DNA from: Podarcis vaucheri
Lineage: Eukaryota
NCBI GenBank assembly: GCA_965113315.1
Contig: OZ220376.1
DNA: 64,000 nt
Strand: one strand, 5' to 3'
Shown here: positions 61,117-64,000 of the stretch, piece after piece
Layout: each line of letters opens with the position of its first letter
Position numbering within the stretch: position 1 is the first letter of the stretch
Program-made: the position numbers and the translations under genes
The notes under the pieces: model-generated
The model's input: the letters and a program-made list of their open reading frames with translations, nothing else
Databases searched by the model: none
Told to the model about the DNA's origin: nothing

Positions 61117-62679
61117 AGGCAGCCAAGCTGAGAAAATGAAGGGGGTGGGCCAAGGAGGATCCACCCTAGCTCTCCAGTACTTCGAGGTTCCCATCTCTGC
61201 CGCCACATGCCCCCTCTGTTTGACAGGGCTCAGGCTCTGCGGTGTGTTCTTGTAGTGTGGGTGAATAGGTGGCTATAGATATGGCGGAGATTGGATGGCG
61301 GATGCAGGGCTGGATACATGGTTAGAGAGGTTCTTGTTTTTCCCTCTGAGTTTGCTTGCTTGCTTGCTTGCTTGTTTGTTTAAGTTATATCCCACCCTTC
61401 CTCCCAACGGAGCTCAGGGCAGCAAACACACAATGCTCATCTTGTGGCAGTTAGTTCCTTGGGTCCATTGGACATGTCGTAAGATAGTGTTTTCCTTGAA
61501 CACAAGCTTGCTTGTAAACAGCCTAAGGGGCCAGGAGTGTGCCTGCAGATTCTTCTCCACTATAGACCCTCTTGGTCTTTCAAGGTGCTGCGCCCACAAC
61601 CTCTCCAGCAACCCCTGCTTGGAGGGCCAGCTCCCGCTCATATTTCAAAACAAGGGACAAAAGTAGAGACTCTCAGCCATCTCCTTCACCCACACTCCCT
61701 CAGAAAAACAACAACCCGTGTATATCCCCCCAAAACCCCTTGCATTGGGCGATCATTGAGTTTTAATTAAAAATTGTTACAATTAAACCCAACACACACG
61801 CACGTGCGCACACATGCCTTAATTACATTTGATTTTTAATTCCAAATCCGTGTTTACACAGTAAGCGAGACGTACCTCCTGATTATCCCCAATACTCTTT
61901 ATACTGTACTAATTATGTAAATTAAACCTAATTAACTGACAAAAAACTGCAGTTAATTCAACTGTTAAAAGATATGGGATCGCAAGGAGCTTAAGAGAAG
62001 CAATGAAAGGATAAGGGGAGCGGATACCTTCCTGGGGAGGGCTCTCCCCTTCCTGTTTGCACTGGGAGAAGGCAGGTGGGGGTTAGTTATGAACTAGGCA
62101 CTGGCTGTTAAAGTTAAAAAAGGTCGGTTGTCGTCGTTGGCTTTCCCCGATAAAGATCTGAGACCTCCAGAGCGACACGAGAGGTCAAAAGGAAGATTTT
62201 GAACGGCCGCCCCATGGCTCCTTAATCAATGTTCCCACTTCACTCGCTCCCACCCCACCGCTTGCTCCCCTCCCTCCCCTTAATCCCGAAACAGCACTGG
62301 AAACAATATTATTTCTGGCTGTGGTATAGTATCTGGGCGAGAAATGCAAGCATGCTTCTAAGTGCGCACCCTCCCTAACAATGAGCGGAGAATATTTTGT
62401 CGGAGCTGTTGGGCAGCAGAATGGATATCCTGCTGCGCCGAAACTTCAGTCCCTCCAAATTCCCATGTAAGGGGGAGGATTATGAGAGACCTCAAAAGGC
62501 AGCTGCTAGCCTTGCTTGTTGCTTTTATGCTCTCTTGGAAAGGTGGGGGGGGAGGGAGAAGTTAGAGAGGGGTGCTGCTCCCTGCTAATGTTCTTATAGG
62601 GTGGGGGCATGTGGTATAGAGTCCTTCGTCTCACAACTTCCCCGAACGGTGTTATTCGGACAGCGCCTTCTTTTACAAT

Positions 62680-62700
62680 GGCGCTGTCTCAGGTGCTGAA
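62680..62700 (-). promoter_or_regulatory. RE1/NRSE (REST binding site)
   Basis: Minus strand TTCAGCACCTGAGACAGCGCC (one core mismatch). Confidence 0.8.
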
Positions 62701-62762
62701 ACCACCGGTGCAGGTCGAATACCTGCAGCAACCGCAAGTGCGGGCCTCCGGCTAGGGGTCAG

Positions 62763-62783
62763 TTCAGCACCTGGGACAGCGCA
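62763..62783 (+). promoter_or_regulatory. RE1/NRSE (REST binding site), canonical
   Basis: TTCAGCACCTGGGACAGCGCA: both half-sites intact with a 2-bp spacer. Confidence 0.88.
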
Positions 62784-64000
62784 GCGCTAGGCGACGCCCG
62801 ACGATACCTTCCTTTTAAACCGATCGCGACAGGAGGAGAAGGCCGATTCGCCTCTGCGACTTTGGAACCGGTCACTTTTGATTCCAATCGCTGCTCTCTC
62901 GGAGTTAATGTCTGGGCGGCCCACAGTCCAAATAACGCCCCCCCCCTCTGCTTTTCACATTAAATCACCAGGACTAGAGTGGGCGAGACAATGCGGTCTT
63001 GCCCATTTACAAGCTAAGGCCTGAAGTTTGCATTCCTGAGATTTCACTCCTGAAAGCGCGTCAAAGCCTCTACTCGTAGTTATTTGTAATAACATGGTCT
63101 TGGCTATCTCAGGCCTTTGGTACGTGGTGGAATACATACCCAGGTAAATTAATAAATAGCATATCCCGCTTTCCCCAAACTTCCTGGGTGGTTAAGAGAC
63201 TCATCCTTCTGGACAGGGCTAGACTTGTACCGACGACCTCTTAAACCAGACTCGTTTCCTCCCAGCGCAAAGCAATCAGGGTTGTTAAAATCAGCCAACT
63301 TTGGGGACTGCGGCGGGGTCCATCTCGGTTAGCTATTTGTAGGACAAGGTTTCTGGTTAGAAACGAGTCCAGAGCTCTCTGCTCCATCCTCCCAAATTCG
63401 TTCCTGGGGTTAGACTGCCTTCTTCACTTTTGGAAGAGGAGGGGCCGCCCCGGGATGACGCCGGAGCAAACGATCTGCCACTATTTTAAATTGAGACCCC
63501 CCCCCGCTCGCCAGAAACACTTCGGGGTCCCCTGATGACTCAGTCGTCTGTCGGGAAGCAACTTCCCTCGGTGTGGCAAACTTTACCTCCCTCTGCGCCC
63601 CCCCTTCCCAGTTCACCGCCCCCCTTCGGGGTTGCTTTTGCAATTGACACTCTGGGCTAACAGACGGGTCTAATATCAACCGCGCTGCAGAGGTTAAGAG
63701 CCCTGGGGCGAAGGGCGGCGGGGCGGGAGGGGGGGCGAAGAGAGAGGGGGAGGAGGGAGGGGGAGGGAAGAGAGATCGGATTAAATACGGCGCTTTGTAA
63801 GTATTTAAAATTACATTTAATCTCCGCGTTCCACGTTTGTTTATTTGCTCGGTTTTGTAACAAAACAAAACATAGAGTTTCAACATAAAACATTAAACCA
63901 TCACGAACTGTGAATTATTCTAATAAAAATATATATTAAAAAAACCCCCGAAGGAAACACCTCCCTTCTTTCAAAACCAAATAAATATGCCACCAAATTA

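Larger units (their letters stand above)
62600..63850. promoter_or_regulatory. Second CpG-rich block (putative SKOR1 promoter-proximal CpG island)
   Basis: High CpG density, GC boxes and a G-rich tract at 63705-63770. Confidence 0.6.

Noticed and set aside
60950-61255. Poly-Arg, poly-Phe and poly-Leu ORFs
   Set aside because: Translations of the (AAG)21 microsatellite.
62709-62727. tRNA T-arm/B-box-like hairpin as a Pol III gene
   Set aside because: No A-box, cloverleaf or terminator; noted only as part of the RE1 spacer.
58500-64000. SKOR1 coding exons
   Set aside because: No ORF shows the SKI/Dachshund-homology peptide; SKOR1 is inferred only from synteny and presumably starts beyond the window.

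Overview
Vertebrate genomic DNA, most likely a squamate and probably a lacertid lizard, judged from Sauria SINEs, Bov-B, Squam3-like SINEs and a tRNA-Lys/CR1 SINE. The window holds the 3' part of MAP2K5 (MEK5) on the + strand. Five small coding exons (2986-3015, 19332-19364, 29273-29334, 32593-32638, 52825-52944) have canonical AG/GT boundaries and compatible phases, and translate to the MEK5 kinase C-terminus. The 27-nt exon IQKNQGSLM expected between the first two was not found and probably lies in the 650-N gap at 18531-19180. Introns contain many TEs, several with intact TSDs or TIRs, plus two long fold-back hairpins and TE-free blocks that look like conserved non-coding elements. Past the MAP2K5 3' end, about 58.5-64 kb is CpG-rich regulatory DNA, by synteny the upstream region of SKOR1 (LBXCOR1); no SKOR1 coding sequence was seen. 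The most striking unannotated structure is a cluster of four REST/NRSF RE1 elements plus a half-site, arranged as one tandem pair and one inverted pair, interleaved with homeodomain, Pbx-Hox and Onecut-type motif clusters. Apart from the Bov-B fragment and ORFs overlapping MAP2K5 exons, the supplied ORFs appear spurious. All family assignments are from recognition by eye, not database searches.
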